Shown: positions 24,840-37,706 of the stretch, in pieces | How positions within the stretch are numbered: the stretch's first letter is position 1 | Layout: every line of letters starts with the position of its first letter | Assembly (NCBI GenBank): GCA_034780895.1 | Contig: JAUZTB010000057.1 | Location: 21,114,443 to 21,178,442, forward strand | From: Rhynchobatus australiae | Taxonomy: Eukaryota | Reading direction: 5' to 3' | Length of the DNA: 64,000 nucleotides | The notes under the pieces: model-generated | The model's database searches: none | Told to the model about the DNA's origin: nothing | The model's input: only the letters and a program-made list of their open reading frames with translations | Position numbers and translations under genes: made by a program

Positions 24840-26989
24840 GTAAGTAATCGCAACTCTGCAATCTTTCCTTTCTAAAGTATGCTCACTTTGAGGTGAATTG
24901 AGGAATATTTCACCTAATTGTAGCTTCAGGAGAAGAGTTATTAATTTAATCAGCCATGCACAAAGCTAATGTCGCATTATTAAAAGTCATACAAACCTCC
25001 TCTCCTTCCCATATAAATCAACCTCCAGAAATGTTAAGTAGTTCATGTAATTGTACAAAAATACAGTCATTGGTTTAGCTCCCTTTCATGAGGAGGAAAG
25101 GGTCAAGATAGTTCGAAGACTAACAACTTTATACTTGTCAGACTTTGATAAATGGGTTAACATTCTTTGACACAAGTTATGCTATCGGAATGTAAATTAC
25201 ATTGATATACCAGGTCTTCACTCTGGAGGGAGGGAAAAGCTACCCAGGTATTGCTTCAGGGCATTGTGCTATTTTGGTCCAAAATCACATGAGCAAAGAT
25301 GATGACTGCTCTTCGCGGTATTTTTGGTGTTTGCTTGCTTAAGTTCACACTTCCCTTCCTCTTGCCCCATTATACCTGCAGGGAATCTGCTATGTTTGGC
25401 CGTCTGAGTGGCATCAGTAATTTTCCTTTGTTGATTCCTTGCAGGTTATGTTGGGTGTTGTGGGAAAGGATCTCTTCCCAGACACTGACATAGAGGAGTT
25501 CAGCTCCGATCTGGGATTCAAACTCTTGCTGGTGATTAGTTAGTTTCATAAAACAGATATACCATTCACACTGGAAGCAGCTGCCTGTAGGTTCTTTTAC
25601 TGTGCTTTGAGATGGTAGCCGTCATGAATTATGATTTACGTCCCTGGTGTCACGCTCAGCAGGATGTTGCTCGGAATAGGGAGACCTGCTTTCTGCATCT
25701 ATATGCAGTGACATCAGTATGGATCTTTACTTTATCTTAATGTCTGATAGTGTAGTCTTTTATTGTATTAATGTAATTATGTCTGACAGATTATATGGAC
25801 AACTTTGTGTTTGGTGGGTGTCAGTTTGATAATGGTCTGTCTTGCAATGCAAGGTGTCCTCGGGATTGTATTTGATTATTAAATGACCCTGCTTCGTAAC
25901 GTCAGATGCTCACATGCTGTAAAAATACATTTTGGCATTCAGTCAACATTTTTTTCTGTATGTTTATTTTTAAACATGGAGCCAGTGAAACTTGTCCCAA
26001 GTAACAACTTTCTTTATTAAACCTGTTATTATTTAGGTTACATCTGACTGGTGCCATGAAATAGCATTGTTGCTGAGTTTGAGCATTCTGTTATTCCAGT
26101 GCTGTTGGGTTGCTTGTGCCGCAGTATGTGTTCGGACCAGTGTGAAGGGTAAGAGAAGCCTGTGGAGATTAGAGAAGACCCAAATAAGGCAGTAGTTCAT
26201 TCAGTCAGAAAATTGTGTCCGCTTTTTAATTCAACTGATGTTATTATTTCACAATCTCTTCTTCCTCAATTTACATTGAAAGCTCAACTTTTTTGTTCCC
26301 AGTGACATTTTGTAAGCAGCCTCTGCTTGCCAAAGATATCCAGCTGCTTTAAATAACCACTGGCAGACCGACACAGAACGTTTACATAGACTAGAGAAAG
26401 GAAGTGGGATGAACCTTCTTAATTGCAAAAGCCAGGAACACATGTTTCTGTAATCACATAAGTTTTTCCATAGCGAGCCTGCTGTCTTTAAACAGAGAAC
26501 TTCATACTTCACCATGAGGCATAACACCGGAGCCAAATCCCACCCCTTCCCTCATAAAGCCATGATGGTGCTCTGCATTGAATCAGCATCAATTGAAGGC
26601 TAGTTTTCATTTTCCCCTCGTCTGGAAGCATGTCCTGCTGGCTAAAACCTTATAGTGCTTAAAATGTTGCTACTCTAGCTCCAGTTAGTGAGCCCTGTGA
26701 CTACAACCTTCTGCCTAGGTGTTCAGAATCACTCCTGTATAAGGGGGGTTTATTTCCCCAATGTGTACTGTTGAGTGATGTATTTATTAGCAAAGTAAGA
26801 AAATACTAAAAGCAATCTATTTGAAAATCATCAAAAATCGCAATTTCATAAAACGGTCCAAACCCAACTTTTGGGTGTTTCTCTGAGACTTCATGATACA
26901 TAATAGAACACAATGGTATTCATGAGGGTTAGCTACAACTGAAATGGCCACTTAGAACCTGATGTGAAATTAGTGTGCCGTGCTGTGCT

Positions 26990-27460
26990 GTACTGTGTTC
27001 AGTGTTGGTATCCTTCCTCAGGTAGACATTTGTCTGTGGTTAAAAAGGTTCACCTGGTTGATTCTTCATTGTTCACTGGGTTGATTCCTGGCAAGAATTG
27101 GGTGTCCTGTGATTGAATGAAATAGGTGGATTTCATTGAATCATATAAATTCTCGACAGCATGTTAAGGTAGGGCTTGAGGGACTGTTTTTCCCAACTGG
27201 AGACCCAGTAGCCAGGGATCATTAGTCTCAGGATGGTTTAGGACTATGGTGAGTAGGGTTCTGAATCCTTTGGAATTTGAACCCTAGAGTCCTGTGCATG
27301 CTCTGTCATTGACTATGTTTAAGATTGCGATTGATGGATATTTGGATGTAGATGGAATCCACTGATATGGGCTTAAAGTGGGAAAGTAAAGCAGAAAGTT
27401 TATGGTAATCATTTATGAGAGGTAGCTTAGGGATGAGGGACTGCAAGGCCTACTCTTATT
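26990..27460 (+). mobile_element. Decayed CR1 LINE 3' fragment
   Basis: tactgtgttcagtgttggtatcc, aggttcac, ggttctgaatcctttggaatt and a ggcctactct tail. Confidence 0.6.
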
Positions 27461-29946
27461 CACATAATTGAAAGGGTAACTAGGAATGCTTCATGATTGA
27501 ATGAATGCTGGCAATAGATGTGACACATATTCGTGATTTATTGCAGCATAATTTCATGTGACAAATCCTCTAACCATCTCAGTGGCTTGCTACATTTTTC
27601 CCCCAGTGGAAGCTAATAGTTAGTGAATCATATTTCAAATAACAAAGTAAAAACAAAAGTTGGCAAAGCATTCAGTTCAACAAGGACCTGATTAACTTCA
27701 GTGTGCTTAAAGTATTGCAGCTTTATCTACAGTCAGTGAGCTGTGAATCTGTGCTTTTGCTTCCCCCATCCCCAGCCCACCCATCAGCGTCCTTCAGAGT
27801 TAGAATGGGGGCTGGGGGGTGGCAGGGAAGGCTGGTGTGGAGTCTGAGGAGAGGCCAAGGCTCCGTGACAGTGAAGCAATGTACAAAACTACTTAGGCAG
27901 TTTTCAGCTTTTTTTTGCCCTCAGCAAATTACCTGCTCTAATTAAGGTGCTGATTGGAAATTAGTAACCAACTTTAGGATGAAATATTCTGTGTGTTATA
28001 ATTAAATGTCACTTTTTTTTAAAATAAAAGTCTACTGGGATATCTGATATAACAGAGGCCACAGGTCAGTGTTTCCTTCAGTAATCAGAAGTTAATACCA
28101 CAGTATTGCAACCCAAAACATGAATTACAGGACTGGCCAACATATTAAAAATATTTAACTGATATCATAGTCAATTAATATGGGTACGTGACAAATGTAT
28201 GAAGCCCCCACTGGTTGATGCTGTGGCCAGGCTTGACTGGAATCCTCTGCTTGTGTAGCACAGTTGGATCAGTAGGAAGGAACACCATGTTTTATAGTCT
28301 TTGTGTTTTGACTGCTGCAATATTTAGATCAGAACAAGGAGGAAAGGCGTGTAATATGTTGACCCCGCATGCCTACAAGTCATCACACTCAGGAGCATGT
28401 TTTATTTCTTGTTGCATAAGGAATCTCGTTTTTGCAGAAAGAAATTAATTGGACAGAAAACTGCAGGTGCTGGAAGCATTGCCTTAACCAGAAATACTGC
28501 CAGCGGGTGAGGCTAGTGTTGTAGGAGGACAGGGGTGGGAAGACTAGCATGGGATGAAGATGAGATCATGCATAAAATGGGAGGATTGCTTTGTAGCATA
28601 AGAAAACTGATGCAAGAACAAGAAATGGTGCATGGCAGAAAAAGAAGCAGATATTGGGGTAGATGGGGAAACTGCAAAATATGCCAGGGCATATGAACTC
28701 CATTGAAACATGACTGGATTAAAACACAGGAGTGAGAATATTTCTGTTCTTTGCTAGATTTCCATTACTGAAAATGGCTGCACTTTCACAAGGTATTAAT
28801 TTTCTCCTGCTAATGCATTTGGCAATTACTGAACAATAGAAACTGTCCAAACTTCCTGAACTAGTTTGGGTGTGGAGATTGTTCTCCTAATCCCTGAGTG
28901 ACTGGATGAGTGGAGAGATTTAATGAGCATCTATTAGCAAATGGGGCTGCAAATGCTAATGTGTGAAATTGGGCTGTAAAATAAAATATTTTAATTAACA
29001 GTTGCAGGACAACTATAAATAATACATGCATAACTGGAGTTTCCTGTTTGCAGATATTATTACAATGTTTAATTTTTAACTGTTAAAATGACCAGGAATG
29101 AGCTCTAGCTTATTGAAGTTCAGGGCACATGGATCAGACCTTCCATTGCAGAATTAACACTCCCCTCAGAATGGATAAGCAGGGTTGGTGACAGTTTCTT
29201 TCCTTAAATTCAGGCCTGTTCAAATATTTATGCTGAGTTCCCTGTCCGAAGCTTTCACAGATAGTTGTGGGTGGGAATTTTATGTCAGTAGCTCCTTAAA
29301 AATGCAAAACTGGGTAAAGTCTGAAGGATGTAAAGTCACGGGGGTAAAACTGACATGAATTTTATTACCATTGAATTTTCAGCCTTTACCATGGCATTGT
29401 GGGGATGGGAGAGGGGGTGATGAGTTCAAAGTTTCCATCAAAATCAATGTTGTTCAGTATAAAAGTGGAGGCAAAATAAATGGGCAAGTGATGGAGCATA
29501 TGTCTAGTTTGGGGCCGGCCAAATGGAGGGGTTGCTGTACGTGGTGAGTGAAGGAAAAATTGCCCAAGACACAGCTCCAGAGAGTAGGATGTCTGACAGG
29601 AGGTGCTGTCAGGTGAAGTGCTCTGTGTAATCAAAGCTTAGGGATAGAGTCAAGAGATGATGGCACTCCTGAAGGATGCTGCCAAATTCAGATTATCCAA
29701 TGGCAACATTTACTTGTAAGGTAGCACATGCCATGAAGAAAGCACTTGTTGCCAGTTTGCTATTTTCACGTAGGCTTAGATCTTTCATTGGTTGGATGTG
29801 CACCCAAAGTTCAACATGCATATTCAGTTTTGATTGGCACACCATAAACCACAGTTAAGGTTCATTCCTTCCCCCACCAGCGTGCAGTGGCTGCTCTGTA
29901 TACTGTCTACAAAATCCACTGCAGATCCTCTCTCAGGCTATTTTGA

Positions 29947-30059
29947 AAGCAACAAACACAAAATGGTGGAGGAACTCAGCAGGTCAGACAGCATGAGTTC
30001 CTCCAGCATTTTGTTTTTGTTGCTCCAGATTTCCAGCATTTGCAGTCTCTCTTGTGTCT
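29947..30059. repeat. Palindromic PLE terminal-repeat derivative
   Basis: agcaacaaacacaaaatggtggaggaactca / tgagttcctccagcattttgtttttgttgct inverted arms around a 15-nt loop. Confidence 0.8.
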
Positions 30060-30911
30060 NNNNNNNNNNNNNNNNNNNNNNNNNNNNNNNNNNNNNNNNN
30101 NNNNNNNNNNNNNNNNNNNNNNNNNNNNNNNNNNNNNNNNNNNNNNNNNNNNNNNNNNNNNNNNNNNNNNNNNNNNNNNNNNNNNNNNNNNNNNNNNNNN
30201 NNNNNNNNNNNNNNNNNNNNNNNNNNNNNNNNNNNNNNNNNNNNNNNNNNNNNNNNNNNNNNNNNNNNNNNNNNNNNNNNNNNNNNNNNNNNNNNNNNNN
30301 NNNNNNNNNNNNNNNNNNNNNNNNNNNNNNNNNNNNNNNNNNNNNNNNNNNNNNNNNNNNNNNNNNNNNNNNNNNNNNNNNNNNNNNNNNNNNNNNNNNN
30401 NNNNNNNNNNNNNNNNNNNNNNNNNNNNNNNNNNNNNNNNNNNNNNNNNNNNNNNNNNNNNNNNNNNNNNNNNNNNNNNNNNNNNNNNNNNNNNNNNNNN
30501 NNNNNNNGTCCATTACCACTGCAGGAGCACTTTACCAGAAGGAGTGCAGAGGTTCAAGAAGACAGTTCACCACCACCACCTCAAAGGTCATTCAGAAGAC
30601 AACATCTTTGAGGGACCAATAGCACCAGGTTTAAGTGCTGGCTTTGCCAGTGGTTCCTGGATCCCTAGAAAAATGAATTTTAAAAAAAGGTCAATTTTGT
30701 AACTTTGAGTTTCAGAGAGCCTCACACAAAAACAGCCCAATTTCAAACTGGTCGTTGTTCAGGAATGGGATGAGCATATCGTGAAAATAACTGCACATTC
30801 CTCTCCAGGTTATGTACCAGCCACACTACTTGCTGGCATTGTAACTGTGCAGTTTTCAGAGGTACCCACCAGAGGGCAGTGGGGCCTTGATGAGCATATG
30901 TGATTCAGGGT

Positions 30912-32820
30912 TAGAACAGAACATTACAGCACAGTACAGGCCCTTCGGCCCACAATGTTGTGCCGATTCCTTAACCTACTCTAAAATCAATCTAACCATT
31001 CCCTCCCACGTACCCCACTATTTTTCTATCATCCATGTGCCTATCTAAGAATCTCTTAAAAGTCTCTAACGTATCTGCCTCTACCAGTACCTCTGGCAGT
31101 GGGTTCCACACACCCACCACTCTGTGTCAAGTAAAATTTGCCTCTGATATCAACCACCCCCCCCGCCCCGTACTTTTCTCCAATCACCTTAAAATTATGC
31201 CCCCTCGTGTTAGCCGTTTCTGCTCTGGGGAAAAAGTCTCTGACTGTCCACTTGATCTATGCCTCTTATCATCTTATACACCTCTATCGGGTCACCTCTC
31301 ATCCTCCTTTGCTCCAAAGAGAAAAGCCCTAGCTCGCTCAACCTGTCCTTATAAGACATGCTCTCCTATTCAGGCAGCATCCTGGTAAATCTCCTCTGTA
31401 CCTTTTCGAAAGCTTCCACTTCCTTCCTGTAATGAGGCGACCAGAACTGAACATTTATAAAAATCACAAAGAGCAGGGGTCCCAGAACAGATCCCTGTGA
31501 AACACCACTGGTCACCAACCTCCAGGAAGAATATGCTCCATCTACAACCACCCTCTGCCTTCTAAGGGCAAGCCAATTCCAAATCCACACAACTAAGTTT
31601 CCCTGGGGATCCCATGCCTCTTGACCATCTGAATGAGCCTATCATGGGGAACCTTATCAATCGCTTTACTAAACTCCACATGCACCACATCCACTGCTGT
31701 ACCTTCATCAATGTGCTTCATCACATCCTCAAAGAATTCAGTCAGGCTTGTGAGACGTGACCTGCCCCTCACAAAGCCATGCTGACTATCCCTAATCAGA
31801 CTATGCTTCTCCAAATACTCATAATACTCATCCTGTCCCTAACAATCTTTTCCAATAATTTGCCCTCCACTGAAGTAAGACTCACTGGTCTATAATTCCC
31901 TGGGTTATCCCTAATCCCTTTCTTGAACAAAGGAATAACATTTGTCACCCTCCAATGATCTGGTACTACTGTGGCCAGTGGGCATGCAAAGATCATCGCC
32001 AAGAACTCAGAAATCTCTTCCCTCGTTTCCTGTGGCATCCTGGGATATATCCCGTCTGGTCCTGGGGAATTATCTGTCCTCATGTTTTTCAAAAGTTCCA
32101 GCCCATCCTCCTTAACATCGACATGTTCCAGTTTATCAGCCTGTTTTACGCTGTCCTGACAAAAGTCAAGCTCTCTCTCACAGGTGAATACTGAAGCAAA
32201 GTATTCATCAAGGACCTCCCCTACCTCCTGACTCCAGGCACACGTTTCCTCCTCTTTCCCTAATTGGTCCTACCTTCACTTTAGTCATCCTCCTACTCCT
32301 CACATATGAGCAGAACACCTCGAGGTTTTCCTTAATTCTACTTGCCAATGCCTTCTTATGCCCCTTTCTAGCTCTCCTAAATCCATTCTTAAGCTCCTTC
32401 CTGGCTACCTTGTAACACTCTGGAATCCTATCTGATTGCTTCCTAAATCTTAAGTAAGCTGCTTTCTTCCTCTTCACTAGATATTGCACATCTCTTATCA
32501 GCCAGGGTTCCTTCACCCTACCATCCTTTTTCCTGCCTCAATAGGACAAACCTATCCAGAACCCCATGCAAGTGATCTCTAAACAACCTCCACATTTCCA
32601 CTGTGCATTTCCCTGAGTACATCTACTCCCAATTTACACTCCCAAGTTCCTGCCTAATAGGATCATAATTTACCCCTCCCCCAATTAAATACTTTCCCAT
32701 ACGGTCTGCTCGTATTCCTCTCCAAGGCAAAGGTAAAGATCAGGGAGTTGTGGTCTTTGTCTCTGAGAGATCTGACCCACCCACCGAGAGATCTGACACC
32801 TGATCAGGTTCATTGCTATC
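30912..32820 (-). mobile_element. Relatively young CR1 (HER1-like) LINE, 5'-truncated, frameshifted, internally deleted
   Basis: Minus ORFs contain [57 protein letters not shown] and [10 protein letters not shown]. The 3' end acagcacagtacaggcccttcggcccacaatgttgtgcc is shared with the copy at 52788. Confidence 0.92.
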
Positions 32821-33699
32821 ATTGTTCTGTAATCATTGAATACTAGGACTATATTGTCTTTCATAGAAGTTAAACTGAGTGCCCACCCAGCAATTAAAAC
32901 TTGGTTCCATTGGTCTCTTGGAGGCTTTGTACTTCTAAGCAGATAATCTGTGCTATTTGTGTTGTAAAGGGAGTTCCCAACTTCCAGAGTGCTGCATTGT
33001 CACTTTATTTGCCTTCTTACCATCAATGTGCTTTACAAGGGATACAATATTTGAGTGAAGTACAGGTGGGGGAAGAGGAGGAGCAGTAGCAGCCGTGCAT
33101 TTCAGTGGACAACAGGTAGCACGTGGGAGAGTCTGCTACGAGGACATGCGCTGTCCGAGAACCGTTTCCTTGGACCCACTAAAACTGTGTGTCAGGAGAC
33201 TGCCCCAGACATCGGCAGTATCTTGTGACAGAATCCCTCATCTTCAGGGCCACATTCCTGTACACATCCTCTGGACAGGATGCCAGCCTCATGCCAATGG
33301 AAAACTCCTTGCCATTAGAGTCCAGCCCATGTCTGATCGGAGAAGCAGGTGGATGCAAGGTACCCAAGACTGTTGTTCTCTCAAGTCTTGTCTATAGTAA
33401 ACTCTGAAAAAGAGCAAATGAAAAGGGACAAGTATTAGGACTACATTGAGAAGCTGGATGCTAGCTGTTGGCAGTCTTGCAAGTGCATTTTGAGATGGTG
33501 AAGCTTGCTGAGGATTTGGTGGAGTGAATAAAGGATTCCGTGTCGTACTAGGCTCCTGAATGAGGGCAGCTCAGGGATCTCTCTGCTTCCCTTGCCCACT
33601 GATCTCCAGGACTTAGCGCCCCACCATCTGGAGGCTGTTTCATCCTCCAAGAAGAACTATTCTCTGAGCACCTATCAAAATGAGAAGAGCTGCAGGGCT

Positions 33700-34400
33700 T
33701 GTGTTGAAACCTAGGAAAAGAGTGAGCTGAAGATAAAACAGTGTGCAGAATGTGAAGTGAGTAGGAAGGAATTATTGTCTGTGAGGATGTGGCGAGATGA
33801 CGAGAATAAATGCTTTTGGTGAGCAGTTTGGTGAGGAATGAAAGAAAAGTGTTTGAAATCAGAAGATGGCAGATGCCTCATTGAGACCCACTGCCTTCCA
33901 TATTTGGAGTGCTTCCAGAGTTTCGTTGGGTAGAGAGGTTCAGGATTTTGACCCAGTGATGGCAAAGAATTAGCAATATATTTCCTGGATGGCTTAATGA
34001 ATTGGGGAGTCAGCCTTCCCAAGACTCAGCTGCCCTTGTACTTTAGAGCTCATGTATAAGGGATGCTATCAAAGAACGCTTGGCAAGTTGCTGTTGTGCA
34101 GTTTGTCCGCGGGGGGGGTGGGGAAGAGGTACACATGGCAGTCACAGTGCAGCGGTGAAGGTGGGAAATGAATACTTAGGGTGTGACTATGCAGAAATCA
34201 AATGGGCTTTTTTGTCCCGGACAGTGTCAAGCCTCTTGGGTGTCATTGGAGTTGAACTCATCAAAGTAAGTTTCCACCAGATTTCTCTGATATCCCTCAT
34301 AGATGCTGCAAAGCCTATGTGGTTGGAGAGAAGGTCTAAGAGTGCCTGATGCACTTGAGGGTAACGAAGAGCTGGACTTGCCCAGCTCTCTAAGAGGCAG
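33700..34400 (-). mobile_element. Decayed CR1/L2-class LINE fragment
   Basis: Reverse complement of the same 3' end family (gagttcaggattttgacccagtgatgg-like; ccggacagtgtcaagcctcttgggtgtcattggagttgaactcatc). Confidence 0.55.
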
Positions 34401-34699
34401 CCTTCAGTTTAATTTCTGGTAACAACTGTTTCTAGTGCTGTTACAACATTTCAAAGAGAATGCAAGCTTGCTTTTGGCAGTACTCCACTGCAGGCAGTAC
34501 TCCAGCTGAGGTCCAAACACAGTTTGCTGGCACTCTGGTGATTTGTACACACCGTGGCCACATGCAGCACTGTATCCTTCTTTGCTGTTGTTGCCCAGCA
34601 TCAGCTTGGCTACATGTGCTTAGAGGAATCAGTTAGTAAATCACTGCCCGGGTAATCTACAAGCCAATGGCATGATTATTGAGTTTTCCAATTTTAGAT

Positions 34700-35125
34700 G
34701 AATCCAGGTCTGGTCGTGCTTTGTTCCTGCTCATCTCCCTCCAGCATCGGTCTCCTACCTTCACACTCTCCTCCCCTCAGCTTGGTCCATCTGTTTCTAT
34801 TTCCTCACTCTCTTAGCCTCCAACTATCATTTACCTGCCACTGTCTTTCAACTCTACCCCTGCTCACCTCCCCTACCTGGCACTACCTGCCTGTCACCTC
34901 ACACCCCTCCGCCCCTCCGCAGTCCAGCAATCACATTGGTATCCCTTCTCGCCACTCCCCTTCTCTCTTTATGCTGGCCATCTCGCCTCTCAGTCCCGAT
35001 GCAGGGTCCGACCCGAAACGTTGACAGTTTCTTTCCCCCCACAGATGCTGCTCGACCTGCTGAGTTCCTCCAGCAGATTGTTTGTTGCTCCCGATTTCAG
35101 CATCTGCAGCCTCTTGTGTCTCCAG
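34700..35125 (+). mobile_element. Penelope-like element 3' UTR / terminal repeat
   Basis: Pyrimidine-rich tract, then cagtcccgatgcagggtccgacccgaaacgttgac and acagatgctgctcgacctgctgagttcctccagc...gcatctgcagcctcttgtgtctcc; homologous to 42660-43100 in reverse. Confidence 0.8.
34991..35027 (+). ncRNA. Minimal type I hammerhead-ribozyme-like motif (mutated core)
   Basis: cagtc CCGAUGC AGGGUC-C-GACCC GAAAC GUU gacag; U4 is changed to C. Confidence 0.55.
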
Positions 35126-37657
35126 TGAATTAAGTACTGTCAAATTGGTCACAATCTTCAGCTGAGGAAGGGGGAGTACAGTAGCCAATGCAACCCCTTC
35201 ATCAGTATTTGCTACCTTAGAAAAGTAATGCAAGCCAGTGACGTTGAGCAAGTCCGTCGTGCTTCAGTTGCAGTTCAGTACAAAAGGAATTGAAATGCTG
35301 ACTGTACTAATCCATGGATGAGTTACTTGCCTGGTAAACCCATGGCCAGATTGTTGGCTGATGGTTTCAATGGTTCCTCTGGTTGTCTAGAAAGAAGCAA
35401 GACTAGAAAAATTCCAGCGGTGCCCATGGAAACCTGCCTCAGCTAAAAATGCCATCTCCTTCCTGGAAGTTGCTACAGGCTCTTGCAGCTGACAGGCACC
35501 ATTCTGTGACAGGTCGGATGTAGACTTGGCTCAGTCATTTCTAGGTAGCTGGTGTGGTTGGTGCTGTAGTAAAGTTTGCGTGCAGACTGTCACTGCTTCC
35601 AAATAATCTCCCTGTGGTGTCATATTTCAGCCATGAACCACTTCAACCATGAACTCATGCAGTTAGAGGCCTGGTAAAACGTCTCTGGAACTGATGCCAA
35701 TGGACGTGGGACTTGAGCAGGTCACTCCCTGCGCTGGTTAATATTTGCACTATAACTGCTCTTTGCTCATTGGCAGCTCTTTCATCACTTTCCTGTTCTG
35801 CTGTAGTAAATTAGTGGGCTACTTGGGAATTATTAAAAAAGAATCAACATAGCCCCAAGTCAAAAACAATAAAAGCAGAATAAAATAACTTCTTAAAAGA
35901 CTAGTAAAAAGCCTGTTATTTAAAAAAGCAGGAATGTTTCTATTGGTTTTACCATGTGTTCTTCTGGCATTTGTCATTTAACAAACGCAGGTGGGTTTAT
36001 CATGTATGACACTGGCACACTCAAACTGATGTGAAACATCTAATGTAATTGGCATATTTATTTAAATAAAATACCCTTTTCTTACATATGATGAATTATA
36101 GGTAGAAATGGCCACAACAAGTTACCAAAGGTTGTAGAAGTTTTAAGCATAAGCAGAAAGTACACAGCAGGTAAGGTGGCAGTTGTGAAAGGGACAGACA
36201 AAATTGTAAGGTGTAATCCTTCAATATAACACTGGCTTCTTGTGATGAATCCACGTCCAAAATATCAACTTGCCTGTTCACAGCAAAGATAATGCTGGCT
36301 TTTCAGTGATTGCTTTCTTTGTTCCAGGAATCCAATATTGGCAGTTTTTGTTTTTCTGTTTAATTTTTAGTCATCAATAACAGTACTTACAATTCCCAGG
36401 GGTCATGAGTGTAGTGAACAGAGAGAATAGACTAAGAAGGAAAAAGTCCTCACCTTTTTGACTCTTTAAATTAGTGCTGTTTTTGTTTATTGATGGTGCT
36501 NNNNNNNNNNNNNNNNNNNNNNNNNNNNNNNNNNNNNNNNNNNNNNNNNNNNNNNNNNNNNNNNNNNNNNNNNNNNNNNNNNNNNNNNNNNNNNNNNNNN
36601 NNNNNNNNNNNNNNNNNNNNNNNNNNNNNNNNNNNNNNNNNNNNNNNNNNNNNNNNNNNNNNNNNNNNNNNNNNNNNNNNNNNNNNNNNNNNNNNNNNNN
36701 NNNNNNNNNNNNNNNNNNNNNNNNNNNNNNNNNNNNNNNNNNNNNNNNNNNNNNNNNNNNNNNNNNNNNNNNNNNNNNNNNNNNNNNNNNNNNNNNNNNN
36801 NNNNNNNNNNNNNNNNNNNNNNNNNNNNNNNNNNNNNNNNNNNNNNNNNNNNNNNNNNNNNNNNNNNNNNNNNNNNNNNNNNNNNNNNNNNNNNNNNNNN
36901 NNNNNNNNNNNNNNNNNNNNNNNNNNNNNNNNNNNNNNNNNNNNNNNNNNNNNNNNNNNNNNNNNNNGGAGTGGGTTTTCATATATAATTCAACTTGACT
37001 ATCAGATAGGCAGAAGATGAAAATTGGTCTGGGAGCCATTTTCCTTTTTGAAGTTGCTACCTCTGCTAGACTTCCTGTTTGTTGTACAAACACCAGGCAT
37101 TTTATGTGCATTTTTTTTGTACATCTTTCAAAGATCTATTGTAGTAATGGTGATTTGAATATCAGTGTTTTCATTTTTGTTATGACGTACAGTTTGTCAA
37201 GTGTCATATGTAGCTGCTTAATTATCTACAACCTCATTTAACGTTTGGGCAGAGTGTCATCTGAGGTAGAATACAAGTGAAACCATTGCTTTCCTCTATT
37301 ACCAATCTAACTGTGCTAATACACACAGTAATATGATTCCAGGTCTTTGGAGCGTAATATTGATAGAATTGAAATTCCCTTTGGTGCATAGCACATTACA
37401 GTTTTAACTTGCAATTCTGATGAAATGTACAATAACATGCATATCGAGATTTGTCCCCAGAAACTAAACTACAGTTCCTAAAAATTCTGGTACATCAGGT
37501 AGCCATAGCAGAAATGTTTTCCTGGCTAGCACTATAGCAAAGTCTAGCATCCTAGGTGTTGAATCAACTGCAGCAGTAATGAATTGCTATTTTTCAGTCT
37601 ATTCACATGATTGTAGGTTATTTCCTGTCAAACTGTGATGTTTTGCATCTATTTTAG

Positions 37658-37706
37658 GGCAGATGAAGTGGGGATGATCATGACCAACTTAGAGAAAGCT
37701 AATCAG
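37658..37706 (+). CDS. CUX2: CUX2 exon (~exon 9)
   Basis: attttag|g...aatcag|gtaaga; 49 nt; reads ADEVGMIMTNLEKANQ. Confidence 0.95.

Noticed and set aside
33095-33650. GC-richer segment with several 60-100 aa ORFs
   Set aside because: No recognisable domain or splice structure; probably an unidentified decayed repeat.
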